From Azolla caroliniana (Eukaryota > Plantae > Polypodiophyta), in the NCBI GenBank assembly GCA_043228905.1, contig JBHGNT010000010.1, forward strand, positions 7,626,001 through 7,690,000: 64,000 nucleotides of DNA, in the 5' to 3' direction. This document shows positions 11,223 through 24,317 of the stretch, in pieces. A program made the translations under genes and the position numbers. The notes beneath the pieces were generated by a model. That model searched no databases. It was not told the DNA's origin and was given only the letters and a program-made list of their open reading frames with translations. Every line of letters starts with the position of its first letter. Position 1 is the first letter of the stretch.

Positions 11223-14072
11223 CTAACCGGCAAACATATGGCACGCACGTGGGACAATACATTGTACGTCGAACCCATGGTTAGCCCCTTCATTCATCCT
11301 CCAAATGTCTAGTTGCTCCTCCGGTTGTACTTGTTGTTGTTGTTGGTCTCTGGCCTGCTCTTCCTCACTGGCTCTATCCATTTCCGGCTCTACTGGTCTT
11401 GACACTTCTGGCTCCAGGTCCCATCCTTGGCTCCTCCTGCTGCTGCACTGGGCTTTGTTTGGCTTCTCTGGTTTGACTTCTTTCGGCTGTTCTACTCGGG
11501 CTTCGTTTGGCTGGCCTCCGCCGGTTCCAGCTACATTCGGTGGCTGCTCTAGAGACTACTCTCCGTCACTGATGTTAATTGCCGCCGACATTTGCGATGC
11601 TATCTGCCATCTTCGCTCTCGTTCGTATTGCTCGAACTGGAGTTGAGTGGTAAGCTGGTCATCATCCAGCTATTCTACCAGCCTCCTTACAACCGCCAAT
11701 TGTTCCCCTTCCAAGGACAAGAAATCATCTGACAACTCCTCCAGGATGGTTACAATGCTCTCTGCATCCATCTTGTAGAAGTTGTCACCATCCTTTCTCC
11801 GGTTTTCCGCATCCGCTCATAGCGTCTGTGATTCCGCCGCTTGTTGGGCCCATTTTGACCACCATTGCACTAAGCTTTCACCAATCATACTGTTTTTCCT
11901 TTCTTTCCATGCTAGCACAATGGCGTAGATCCGGCTGAGCCCCATCTTGGATTTGTCCTCTGCAACCTGCATTTCCTCCTTTAACTTCTTTATCAGGCCC
12001 ACAGTTGCCTGTGCTTGCCCCGCATATTCCAGCAATTAGGTTTGATACGTTGTCTGAACCCTATTCAGAGCCAATTTTGCTCGTTCCATCTCGTCATAGT
12101 GTTGTCCTGTAAGCACAGTCCTTTCTCTTACCACTTCCTCTAGTAGCTTTGCCGACTCAACCGCCTTCATTCGTTCTTCCGACAACGCCTCTGTTGTTTT
12201 GGTTACTTCATTCTAGAGTTCTCTTATCTTCTCCTATTGCCAGTCACATTCTGTCATCAACTTCTTGTGCTTTGCTTCTGTGTTTGTGATCCCGGTGCAA
12301 TCTTTCAAAGTCCTCAGTCTTCTGATTTAGCTTTTAGTTTATTTGGTGTCGGGCGCGGTTTTCCTGGTCTTTCTGCTACTGGAGTTCTTCTTTCAGCCGC
12401 TCGATTTTGGTTTCTGCCGATCGCTGGAGCTTATCCTTCTCTTGTAGCAGCTTTTCCTTTTCTTCCTTCAACTGATCATTTAATTGGTAGATTTTTCGGA
12501 GGTTTTCTTCGATTCTTCATTTTTCCTCTCGTTCTCTAGCCCTCAAGGCCTCTAAATCCTCCCTCAGAGTGGAGAGTTCTTGCTCCCGTCTAATACTTGT
12601 GTCCGGTGCTGTAGGAGCTACAGGCATGTTATTTATCTGTTTAGTCACTGGTGCCACCGGTTCTGGTCCTGTCGGCACGTCTACTTTGGTCTTCTCAACT
12701 TCTTCCTCCATGCTCCGGATCCTTGACTGGGCCATCTCGAGTTCTTCGGTTGTGGCAAACAACCGATCCCGTTGTGCTCTCCGATCCATCACAACCATTG
12801 ACTACCGGTGCCTTGTTGCCTTGCGTGTTGCGGTTGCGGTGTTGGCTTTGCTCTTGCCACTAATCCTTGTTGTATTGTTCTCTCTAGAGGCAACTCCTTC
12901 TCTTGATGTGCCTGTCGACCTGGTGAGATTGGTACTTCTATTACCGTTACTGGCCGAACAAGCTCAATTTCCTTCCTTGGCTTTGGTCCCTCGGAGCGGG
13001 GTGTCAGTGTGTTGTCCTTTACCGGACCCAATTCGTCCCCCTTCTGCTCCGCATCGCTTCTCTTCTGGCGACGTAGGAGAGTGTCAACGGGTTCTTCCTC
13101 TACCTCCTCCTCTTGGGTTCCCATGTTTATCCCTTGAGCCAAGTTAGGTGGCTCTTTCTCTTGCCGCAATTTGATTTTCAGAGGCCTAACCGGTTTTTCT
13201 ACCGGTTTTTCTGTCTCTACCTGCCGCTTCCGACTGGGCTGCTCGTTTTCTTTCTATGATGAACCTCCCTCTGTCCAACCGGGAGTGTGCTTGGCAAGGA
13301 ATTTTTGCCGCTTCGAGGGCTTGTTTGGCATCGTATCGGCCGTTTGGCCCTACTTCTTTGCCTTTAATGTCGGCACCGGCGGTAACATGAGAGTGAGCCA
13401 TTCAGCCACTGTTGTCCACACCTTCTTGCCGTCTACCACCAATTGTATGTCCACTCGCAAACAATCAGCAATGATTACTGGCCAAACCACCTTTACCCCT
13501 TCGTATGTGGCGATGATGAATCCAGCTTTGTTGTTTGGCATTGCCGGGGGTCGAGGGTGCACGAACCCATACTCGTGGAGCACACGAACTACTTCTCGGA
13601 ACAAGGTGTCATCGCCGCCCTGTGTCTGGTACGCTTTGCTGGCTAGGGAGTACTCTCCAAAGAGCTTCGTCAGTGTCTCTGGGAAAGGATTCTCAATGGA
13701 GTAGATCCCTCCCTCCGACAATCCGATTAAGACGTGGATGGCCTCCTCCATGATTACTTCTAGGTTGATCTTCTTCGCGATCTTTTCCGCTTCTTCGTGC
13801 GGAGGTGCCTCTGCTATCCGTAGGAAGCCCTCCAAGCCATGTTGAATGAACCATTTCTTGGCAGTCTCAGAAAGCGCCATGGGCTCCAGCGTGTCCTCTG
13901 TTGCGATGGTGGTGGGGAGCTTTGGTGTGTCTGTGGTAGCTTCTTGCATTCGCCTAATCATCTGTATCCGCCTCTGTGTGTTAAGTGCTCTGTGTTCGCG
14001 AAATGAGAGAGACTCTATTATGCGGAGGTTTTGTGTTCCCATCTTTGCCGCCTTTTCTCGATTCCCACGCAT
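11223..14072 (-). pseudogene. 3' accessory ORF of H (conserved N-terminal domain plus long coiled coil), broken
   Basis: ORFs 13350-14072, 12789-13169, 12517-12798, 11817-12035, 11223-11405; homologous to 46408-49086 and 39419-41426. Confidence 0.8.
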
Positions 14073-14183
14073 GTGCGTCGTGTGCTTTAAGAGTGGTTGT
14101 GTGACACGTGGTGTGCTTTAAATGGTTGACGTCACACCGTTACAAGGTGTCCGTTCATTTTTTAATGGCCTTCATTTATTTTT

Positions 14184-14981
14184 TTATTTTTTTAACGTGT
14201 GGTATTCTAAACACTTGTATCCGGCAACACCGGATCCATTGTATGTTCCTCCTCTTGGTTGTTGGCTATCCGCTTGTCGTTCCCGATTTCTGCTTCGGCA
14301 TCTGGTTATTTGAACGGGTTCCACGGCATGGGTCCGTAATACAGTTTTAGTCCAAAACCGTTTACCCACTTTTACACGACTTCACTGGTCTGCGTTCCTA
14401 GCTGATACGAGCCTTTAAACTCTTGTGTTATCCAGTACGGTTTGGTCCACTGGAACCATAGCTTCCCTGACATTTTGCCCATTCGGGTCTGAAATACTAA
14501 CACCAGCTTGCCGATTCCAAACATTTTCTCGTTCCATTTCTGGTGCCAATCGACGAACGTTTTCCGTCGTCATTGCTCGAGTTACAACTGCAGAATGCTA
14601 GCTATTCCGTGTTCTTCTCATTCGCACAATGTAGCTAGTCAGATTTTTTCTGATTCCTTCTTACTTAACCTTTCCGTACTTGTATCCGCAAACTCGGAAT
14701 TTGAAACTCTATCGGCATGTCCACTTCTAATGGTGTTGTCCGAACACTTGTTCTGTACGCGGTTCAGTAAGCCCACAACGCACTCTGCAACTTCGTGTCC
14801 CAGTCGGTGCAGTTTTCATTGAATTTTCCGGAGGATGTTTTGCAAGGTCTTGTTGGTGGATTTGGCCAATCCATTGGCTTGCGGATAATAAGGTGTACTC
14901 GGCTTGTGTACGACCACATAAAATGTCGTCAAGCTCTCTACTACTTGACCGAGGAAATGTCCTCCTTCATCACTGATCAGT
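14184..14981 (-). pseudogene. Integrase C-terminal half of H
   Basis: ISDEGGHF, STPYYPQANGLAKSTNKTLQNIL (ORF 14816-15019). Confidence 0.85.
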
Positions 14982-15008
14982 GGGTCGAAGCATGCTATGG
15001 TGTACCAA
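14982..15008. repeat. Left TIR of S
   Basis: GGGTCGAAGCATGCTATGGTGTACCAA, inverted copy at 58926-58952. Confidence 0.93.
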
Positions 15009-15459
15009 CATTTGGCCAAAACTTTAGTACTAATTCCATGTGGAGGAAAAACTTCAAAATGTAAAAATAAATCCAGTATTTGGGTTTAAAAAGTTGATCA
15101 CTTGTCTTAAAATTAAAAGTCACATTCAATGAAAATAGAATTCAAATACAAATAAACATCACTTGTGTTAAAATCCTAGGTAATGTTGTCAGGAGGTCTT
15201 AACTATATAAGATCTTGAGTCATCAGTCAATCATCCACTTTGTCTCTCTTGGCAATTAACAAGTTTATGTCAAACTGTCAGTTAGCTAGTTAGTTAGTCT
15301 CTCTCTCTCTTAGTCTCTCTCTCTCTCTCTCTCTCTTTCCTTCCCCCTTCTACTCGAGAATTCATTACGTTCGTACCCCCCTCCCTCCCTCCCTCTTCCA
15401 ACTTCTGCACAGGTTTCTCCACGTTCTCTGCTCACTCTGCAAACCCTAAACCCATTCCT

Positions 15460-15757
15460 TGCCTATTGTGTCCTCTTTGCAACAATAGTAAGCTGTGACC
15501 TCGTTGTTCTGTGTCGTCATTACATCGACATCAAGTGTTGTACTGTGTCCTCGCTGGATCGACATCAGGTCTTCAATTGTGTCCTCGTCGTGTCCTCTTT
15601 GCAACAACAGTACATTGTGACCTCGCTTTTCTGTGTCGTCGTTACATCGACATCAGTTGTTGTATAGTGTCCTCGTTGTACAGTGTCCTCGTTGCATCGA
15701 CATCAGGTCTTCAACTATGTCCTCATCGTGTCCTCTCTCTCAACCGCTGTATTGTGT
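15460..15757. repeat. Degenerate short tandem repeats (TGTGTCCTC / CATCGACATCA units) in the subterminal region of S
   Basis: Both motifs recur several times within ~300 bp. Confidence 0.7.
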
Positions 15758-17340
15758 CTTCTTAATCAATTTATAGTTGATACAACGGAACCCATTTGGG
15801 TTGGCTTGGCTAACCAGGGTGTGGTAAAAGGGTGGGTCAACTTGAGCACACGCATCCTAAAAAGGGTGAGCTAAAAGGGTGGCACAAAGGAACACATGCA
15901 CACCACATTTCCCCCCTGCGAGAAACAAGAGATTGAGGGGCATGAACAAGAACAGGACATGTACATGAACATGAACAAGAACAAGAACAAGAACAAGAAC
16001 AAGAACAATGTCTTGTCGAAGGAGGGGGAGCATTCTGATAGCAGGTTTCAAATGGAAATCCATCGATGATTCTAGTGCGAGGCGAGGGTTACACCCATAG
16101 AGTGCTCGAAAAGGGTTGATTTATGCAGCCATCTCGTGTTTGAGGGTCTTGTTGAGGCGTTCGGTGAAGATGGCGTGGGGATGTAAACATCTATGGACAC
16201 GTAGTTGAGGTGCAACGACGTTGAGGACATCCCCATAGAACTGTTGGCCTTGATAGTTGGACGGGGCTATCAATCGGCGAATAGAGAGGGCCACCTGGAC
16301 TTTGCTGAGGTGGGGGACAAGAGGGCTATCGTGTCATCTCGGAGGGGGATCAAGGAAAGATCATATGGCGACGAAGATAAATCGCTCCTGTGGACTAATG
16401 GCCACCTGGCCTTTGCTGAGGTGGGGGACAGGAGGGCTATCGTGTCAGAGGGGGATCGAGGAAAGATCATACGGCGGCGAAGATCAATCGCTCCTGTGGA
16501 CTAAGGGCCACCTGGCCTTTGCTGAGGTGGGGGACAGGAGGGCTATCGTGTCAGAGGGGGATCGAGGAAAGATCATATGGCGGCGAAGATCAATCGCTCC
16601 TATGGACTGAGGGCCACCTAGACTTGGCTGAGGTGGGGGACAGGAGGGCTATTGTGTTAGAGGGGGATTGGGGAAAAGATCATTTGGCAAAGAAAGATCA
16701 ATCACTCTTGTGGTCTAAGGGCCACCTGGACTTAGTTGAGGTGGGGGTTAGGAGGGCTATCGTGTAGGAGGGGGATCAGAGAAACTCATGGGACAAGAAG
16801 TTAATGGGCAACCTAAGGTGAGGGGGAAGAGTTGGTGGGGCAAGACATAAAAGTGGTGTGAGAAAGTGAGAGTGTCTAAGGTGAAGGTGTAGTGGGCTTA
16901 CGTGCTAGAGAGGTATAGGTGGCGATCGCCAAAAAAGGACTTGGATGGAGGAAGCGGTGGATATCGGGAGGCCTAACTAGTGAACTAAGGCGGCAATAGA
17001 AGAGATACTACTACAAGAGACTTACAAGAGTGTGGATGATGGTGGCAAGGGCGATGCTACCTATGAAGCGGAAGAGGCGGATGCTTGGATGTGGGGGACT
17101 GGTACCCCGCTTCTCCACCAATATGTGAAATGCACCTAAGAGATCAAAACCAATCTACTTAGCTTCTTACTTCTTAATCAATTTATAGTTGATACAACGG
17201 AACCCATTTGGGTTGGCTTGGCTAACCAGGGTGTGCTAAAAGGGTGGGTCAACACCCTAAAAGGGTGGGTCAACTTGAGCACACGCATCCTAAAAAGGAT
17301 GAGCTAAAAGGGTGGCACAAAGGAACACATGCACACCACA
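15758..17340 (-). mobile_element. Small non-autonomous LTR element J (TRIM-like Gypsy derivative), tRNA-Ala PBS
   Basis: 5' LTR 17124-17340 (TGTGGTG...TTTCACA on minus); PBS TGGTGGAGAAGCGGGGTA 17103-17120; PPT AGGGGGGAAA 15908-15917; truncated 3' LTR 15758-15907; integrase relic TERLNKTLK..PFRALYGCNPR at ~16083-16166. Confidence 0.82.
16288..16785. repeat. Tandem repeat of ~106-bp unit, ~4.7 copies, inside J
   Basis: GGCCACCT...GAGGTGGGG anchors recur at ~16291, 16402, 16508, 16614, 16722. Confidence 0.92.
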
Positions 17341-17413
17341 CTATTGTTGTGCATGATTTATTGTTATTTACTATTGTTGTGCATGTGAGGCGAAGAAGAG
17401 AGATAGGATTCAC

Positions 17414-18436
17414 ATGACAAGGAACACACCTACAAAGAAGAAAATGGTCACCGAAAATGTCATCACACCATGCCAGGAAAGAAAAAGGACCCCCATCAAA
17501 GAAAGTAAGATGACCCCCACCAAAGGGAGGTCAAGGTTTTCAGCAACTCAGGGCAAAAAGGTTCACACAAACATCCTTCGAGGTTCAAAATTAGGATGGG
17601 GTTATTTCCTTCGTGCACAACCTGACACTTATGAAGACGTAGACATGTGGATGAAGCAAACTTGGGGCTCATCACAACCCGAGTCACAGAGAGGTTTCCA
17701 CCTCACTCAATTGAAGAAGGATTATATCACTGAACTAAAGTCACGATATGAACAAGTTTATGGTACGAAACATATCCTAAACAATGAGGTAGGATCTGTC
17801 TTTGCATGTGCATTTGCATGTGAATTCCATGGTGGCATTGAAGTTGATTTGGAAGATTTTTCTCATCATCGATCATCACATTATAGAGGGTCCTCAAGTA
17901 CCAACACTACCATGAGGTCTGAGGGTACCTCTCATATTGAAATCCCAACTCAGACATCTGTGTTGACTCAACAAATTGCAAAATAGAAAGCCACCCTAAC
18001 AGAAAAACATGAAGAGCGATTGTTGCGTTGTTTAGCTTCCATGCAAACAAAAATGCAAGCATTGTTGGCTGATTTGGAAGAAGTTTCATGTGGTGAGATG
18101 GTAGCATAGAAACAATTGACATCTAGGTCGATTATATACGAATGGATTGCATCAACAATCCAAATTTCTGAAAGTGATGTGTTAAAAGAGGAATTGAAGA
18201 AGGAGCTCACAAGTATAGGCACTCATCTGGAAGCACAGAAGAAAGATCTAGAGACATGGTGGTCTTCTCGTAATGAAATTGATGAGCAATTATCAGCCTT
18301 AAAGCTGCATTCAGAGAATCTAACATGTTTCATGCAAGGTCTAAAAGAAAAAGGTTTAGATACTCTATGTCCAGACGTAGTTGAGCACCCCGCTTGCATG
18401 GAAAGTACAAATAGAAGCATTACTATATCACAATAA
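17414..18436 (+). pseudogene. Second gene of S (~340 codons: basic N-terminus, globular domain, coiled coil), two in-frame TAG stops
   Basis: ORFs 17414-17986 and 18116-18436 are in one frame, separated only by TAG at 17984-17986 and 18107-18109; convergent with the transposase. Confidence 0.65.
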
Positions 18437-18799
18437 TGGTTTATATTTCTCCTTTTTGACCTTCTATGGTATAAAATATCATTGGTACTAATATAGTGTA
18501 TGTTGTGTCTCATTACTAAAGGCATTTATTCTGTGGCCTTGGATTCAAGCTTGAGTCTATGGATGCTATGATTACACCATGCTTGCACACATATCATTTG
18601 TTATGTGCTAAGTACCATTTCGAGAAAGAAAATATATGTTTGGACTGTAAAAGTACAGTTGGAGCCGAATGGTACCTAGCTTGGGGTTTAAAATTACACT
18701 CCTATGGTATGTGATTAAGCATTATGTAATTTTTATACTATGACTTTATAATTTTACTTTTGGTTCTGTTCTTATAGTTGGATCCAAGATGATCAGTCG

Positions 18800-19186
18800 A
18801 TTTAGTGCAGATTATTTAGTACTAAAGGTCTTAAATGTTTAGTTGTATAACTTGTATTAGTATTAACATTCTTTATTGCATTGTTGCTTTGCATGATTAG
18901 GTACTAACAATACTTATTCCATTGTATTACTTCGTGATCATTTGATTCAATATTGATTATTTAGTACGGAGAGTCTTAAATGTTTAGTTGTATAACTCGT
19001 ATTAGTACTAACATTGGTTAATTGCATTGTACTTTTTGTGTCCACTTTACTTAGGCTTTCCATAACCGAACAAATAGGCATGTCGGTCTTGGTTGTTTAG
19101 TACTAACATTGCTCATTACCATCAAAAATATGCCTGTCCAGGTGGTTCAGTACTATTCCTTTAAGATCCTAAGATGTTGATTACGT
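18800..19186. repeat. AGTACT-rich degenerate repeats of S (continue at 31669-32070 after element E)
   Basis: TTAGTACTAA at 18816, 19002, 19097; longer blocks (TTTAGTTGTATAACT, ACCGAACAAATAG) shared with 31669-32070. Confidence 0.85.
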
Positions 19187-19799
19187 TGTCGAGGTTTTCC
19201 TCGCGGATGCGTGGAATGAGGCGGGACCTCGGGGGTCCTGTACCAAAGAGCAAGAGAGAAAGGAGAAGATGCCCACAACGTGCGAGAGTAGATTCACAGG
19301 GACACGGCCCTTCGACACAAAGACGCGAGTGGGACAGCGACACAGGGAGACACAAACGTATGTATGTATTAACAAAGACAAACAACACAACACGGAGTCG
19401 GTTACAACCGAACAGGCCGGCGAACAGATGCCGATACCTGTTTGTAAATGCACAGAAAGGAAGGAGTAGGTTGGAGGTGCTACCGGAAGCACTCGGGCAT
19501 TCCTCAGAGCAGCGCGAGCCTCCTAAACCTGCACAGAAGGAAGCTATGGCGTTTGCGAACCAAAGAGAGAGAGAGAGAGACCTTCGCCCACGAACCGACA
19601 GTACTTCGTCCTCGACTCTCCGCGATCCCATCCCCCTTCTCGTCTCCCTCCTTTTATAGGCAAGGAAGGAGCCGTTTCCCCTTTACTTCCTACCCACTAA
19701 ATCTACCTGCCTAGGATCTTCTATGGACAACATTCGAGAAGAGCCGGTTCCTACGCTCCTGTGCACCGATTTTGCTTGTGGACGGTTTTCTTCACGACA
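19187..19799 (-). repeat. 3' LTR of E
   Basis: Direct repeat of 31053-31668 with TG/CA ends. Confidence 0.96.
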
Positions 19800-19872
19800 T
19801 CCGCCCCCACCTAACCGCGCATCCACCGACATGCGCCAAATTGAGTTGGGACGGAGAAAACCTGTCCAGCCT

Positions 19873-22800
19873 TCATTCCCCGCCTGTCGGTTCTTCCTCG
19901 GTTTCGGATCGTTCGTCGTCGCGGTCCAGGTCAACCGGATCCGGCTCGTCGTCGTGACGCTTCTTGAACGCTTTGATCCGCTTCCCCGCTACCGGTATCG
20001 CCATTCTCGTACCGTCGAGTTCCGCCAGATGGTACGTCCCGTTGTCGTTGGCGCTTTGTACCACGTAAGGCCCGAACCACCTTCTTGCGAACTTCCATAT
20101 CGCTCGGTGCTGGTTGTCAAGGCTGCTGTCGTAGACTAGCACCCAGTCGCCTTCCTCGATCTTCTTCGGTCGGAGCCGGTGCGTTCGGTCGAACCGGGCT
20201 TTGTTCCTCATCCTTGCTTCCCGAAGCTTTTCCGCAGCCTGCTCCACGTCCTCCGGTCTTCGCTCGAGCTGTCGTATACGCGCCGCCAACAGTTCCTCCC
20301 AGCTCATCTCGTCTCTCCAGTCCACGGTTGCCCACGAGGAGATCGTGCGTTCCATCGGCATGACCGGCTTCTGCCCAAACATGAGTTCTGCCGGCATGAA
20401 TCCGGTTACCGAACTGTGCGTAGTTCGGTCCGCCCACAACGCGTAAGGCAGCAGCCGCGGCCAGTTCCCGACTTGTCCTCCGCATGCCCGAACTAACGCC
20501 TTGATGATCGGTCCGTGCCCGCGCTCCACCTTTCCATTCGCCTCCGGATTGTACGCAGTGGTAAGCGAGAGCTTGACTCCTAGCCGGTCGAACAGCTCCT
20601 CGGCCTCTTCGGCGTCCAACTCCCCGCGGTCAGCCACGATCTTCCCGACGCACCCGTACCGGCATATCACGTCCTCGATCAGGAACCGACATACGGCCGC
20701 GGTCGTTTTGTTCTGAAGGGCTCGGCCTTCCACCTGGTTCGTCAGATCTTCCCGAGCCAGGACCACATACCGCATCTGTCCTACGCCCATCGGCATCGTC
20801 ACCAGATCTACCATCCATTTGAAGTGGACGGTCAGAGGGTACGTAGGGTGAAGCTCATCCCGATGCCGAACTATGGAGTGCATCTGGCAGCTCTCGCAAG
20901 TTGCCACGAACCGATGCACGTCCCGGTACAATCCCGGCCACCAGTACTTCCCCTTTATCTTCTCGAACGTGGCCCACGTTCCACGGTGACCAGCCCAAGG
21001 TCTGTCGTGGTAAGCCGTCAACAGCTGCTCCTGTTCTTCCTTCATCGCCACCACCCGGAGCGGGAGGCCGTTCCTCTTCTTCGGGTGCTTCCATAAGTAT
21101 CCGTCCCGGAGAAAGAATTGGTAAGCTTTCTTCCGGACCCGGTTAGCTTCGTCCTTCGTCCATGACGCATCCGGCGTCATTGTCCTCAGAAACCCACCGA
21201 TCTGCAGCCACTCGCCGTCGTACTTGCTCTCGTCGAAGCCGTTAAGTGCCGGAGTGCTCGCCCCATCGGTCGTCACGTACGCCGCCTCGAAGAAGTCCAC
21301 GCCGACTTCTTCGTCCTCCGAAACCATGCCGCCCTCGTCATCAAACCTCGCCCTCGAAAGCATGTCGGCCATGGCATTGTCCTTTCCGGAAATGTGCTGT
21401 ATTTCCGGGTCCAGGGACTTGATGTACGCTATCCACCGGAGCATCGCCAGGTCCAGTGTCGCGCATCTGGAAACCATGCCGAGAATCGGCAGGCAATCCG
21501 TCTCGATAACCACTTCTGTCCCGATCAGGTAGTCTTTGTCGGCCTTTACTGCCGAAACGATACCCCAGAGTTCGCGTTTAACCTGGGCGTACCCTCGCTG
21601 TCGTTAACTGAGGACCTTCGCGCCGAATCGGATCGGGAACCGAATGCCGTTCTTGTCCTCTTGGTTGACGACCCATCCGATCCCGGTCGGACTCGTATCC
21701 ACTGTTATGTATACCGGGGTACCCTTCCCGTAGACAGCCTTCCGGAGCGCCAGTGCTGCCGCAAGAGCTTCCTTCAGCTTCCGGACCGACTCCGTGTGCT
21801 CGTCTCGCCACTCGAATTTTCGCCCTTTCTTCAGCAACCCGTATAGCGGCTCCGCAACGTGGGCGTAATGCGGGATCCATATGTGGTAGTATGCGCATGC
21901 CCCCAGGAACCTCCGAACTTCCGTAACCGAGCTACAGTCGGTCTTCATCACGGAGATGGCTTCTACTTTTGCCGGAGACGGCTTCCGGCCATATGGTCCA
22001 CATAGGTGTCCGACCACTAGGATTTCCGATTGCCCGAAGGCCGATTTCTCCCCGGAGAAGGTAAGCCTCGCATCCTCTAGCCTTTGTAGCACCTTCTCGC
22101 AGTCGTCGATGTGTGTTGCCACGAATCGTCGGCATCCGTCCGGTCCGAGTGTTGCGTCCCTCTCTTCTACCGGGCACCCCTTGATCGGAATGTCGTCTAG
22201 AAATGGCATGGTGATGTCCGGGATGCAATCCCTCAGTACCTTGTTCATTGCATTCACCATGTGGGCCACCGAGTTGGTCCCTCCTTGTGGCAGGGTACAC
22301 ATTCGCACTAGGCTGAGGGGAGTTCGCATCGTCGTAATGTCTCTGCTCTCCACGGCTAGCTGGAACTGGTCGTACCCCGAGTACAGATCACCGACCGAGT
22401 AAATCGACCTTCCGGCGAAGGCCTCCGCGAACTCGTCTATGGTCGGTCCGATTCCTGCGTTCCGAATGGTCACTCTGTTGACTGGCTGCAGGTCCTGAAT
22501 GAAGCGCAATGTTCCGTTTTTCTTTGGTACAGTAAACCATCGGTTCAAGTATGGCGCGCTCGACGGTTCGAGAATACCCATATCGACTTTCTGCCTCAGT
22601 AGCTCCATCAACTCCGGGATGTGAGCTCTTGGTACCGGAATCGGCTTGAGATTCCACGGCACATGGGTACCGTGAATATCACCATCGGATCCACGATTGT
22701 CGGGTCTATGCACCCGATCTCTTCCGGCGAGAATGCGAAGGCTTTCCCATGCCTTCCGAGCATTCTCCGAAACCGGTCTTCCTCCGCCGGCAGTAGGAAC

Positions 22801-24099
22801 CCGCCCCCACCGATCTTGAGCTCCCGGAGCGTCCCGTCGGTGAAGGTGTGTCCTATGCAGGCGGGATCTCGTAAACTGGGGTCCAACGCAACCCCTCTGA
22901 TTCGGGACTCGCTGCCCTCCGGCAAGGGTGCCGCGACTAGCCTTACCTTCCGGTCCATAGTCTTGTACTTCGTGCTAACTCGGGCCGTCTAATCCGACCC
23001 GAGCCCCCGACTGAAGTTCGCGATGACTTCGTACATCTCTTCGGAACATACCGGTATCGTCTGGTCCTCGCTAAGGCCTTCCCCGGCTACCTTCATCAGC
23101 ATTCCCAAGGTGTCGTCGAAGGAGACCGCCTCCACGGCTCCGCTGATTTCCTCGTCCGGGTCGAGAACTCCGCACGCTCGAAGTTGCACTTCCACCCTTG
23201 TCTTTTCTCGGCCAACGATGCCGACTATCATACACCCTCCGTTGTTGGAGAAGCAAAACTTCCTACCTATCGTACAGGGTTCCTTCGGTTTCGGTTCTAT
23301 CGTACAGTCGTGGGGTTTTTCCCGAGTGTCCGGGCTGTCTCGGCCCCACGCCTTGGTTTCTCGCCACCGAGGGATTCCCGGTTTCTCTCGTGGTTTGGCT
23401 ACACCGTCAGAAATTGAACCGAATGGCGCTCGTCCTAGCTTTTGACCCTCGCGTAGGCCGAACCGTTGTCCAGCACCTTGGTCTGCATTCGTGCCGCTGT
23501 GATGTACGGTTCCCCTAATATGATCGGATGCGAGGACGTCTCCTGCACGAAGAAGTGCTGGTCAATCTCGACGTCGCCGATCTTGACATGCACGTTCGGG
23601 CAGGCCCCGTGCAGTTCCTCGGTGGCGCGCGTCGCTACCCGGATCTTCCACCCGTGCTTGGTGTTGATCGGCCACTTTCCCTTCTTATAGAAGTCCGTGG
23701 ACATCAGGTTTATTTCCGAACCGTGGTCCACCAGTGCCACCACCGGTTCCTGAACGTCTCCGATCTTTACCGGGGTCTCCGTGGTCGCTCGGGCCTAGTG
23801 TGGCCTCGAATAGTGGCTCACCACCCACTCATCTGCCAGCGCCGAGTCGTCGATGTGCGTCGTCCGCACCTCCACCGGTCTCTCCGGTTCTGTCTCCGTC
23901 GACAACCTCTTCCGTTTCACCAAGTCCACAATGGAGTCGTGGAACTCCTTCTTGGCGATCCCTAGCACCTCCCGTAATGACAGCTCCACTTTGTTGTCGA
24001 GGATCCGTTCTTCTAGGACCTTTCGTAGGTCCGTGGTCCTTTCTATTTCCGTCCCCAGTCGGTATCCGCCCTTCCTGGGGTTATCTTGCGAGCTGGACC
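19873..24099 (-). pseudogene. pol: E protease-RT-RH-integrase (integrase ORF 19873-21513 open; stops/frameshifts upstream)
   Basis: ORFs 23435-23743, 22608-22958, 21604-22713, 19873-21513: FIQDLQPVN, DLYSGYDQ, LPQGGTNS, FLDD, GHRG, ADRGE, YNPEANGKVERGH, WFGPY. Confidence 0.92.
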
Positions 24100-24281
24100 T
24101 ATCGAATACAAGTGTATAATGGACGTATTCACACTATCCCTTTGTATAGATCAAGTTTGGGCCATTTGTGTAATTAGCATAAATGGTAGTTGCCCTAAGT
24201 TTGTCACTATACATAGTGACCTTGTAACCTTTTTGTAAGGTCGGTTGTATTATACTTTTCTATTGAATAGAAAGTCATTTT

Positions 24282-24317
<36 letters not shown>

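Noticed and set aside
16288-16785. Regularly spaced repeats as a CRISPR array or coding repeat
   Set aside because: Whole ~106-bp units repeat with no unique spacers, no cas genes are present, the context is eukaryotic, and unit length is mostly not a multiple of 3.
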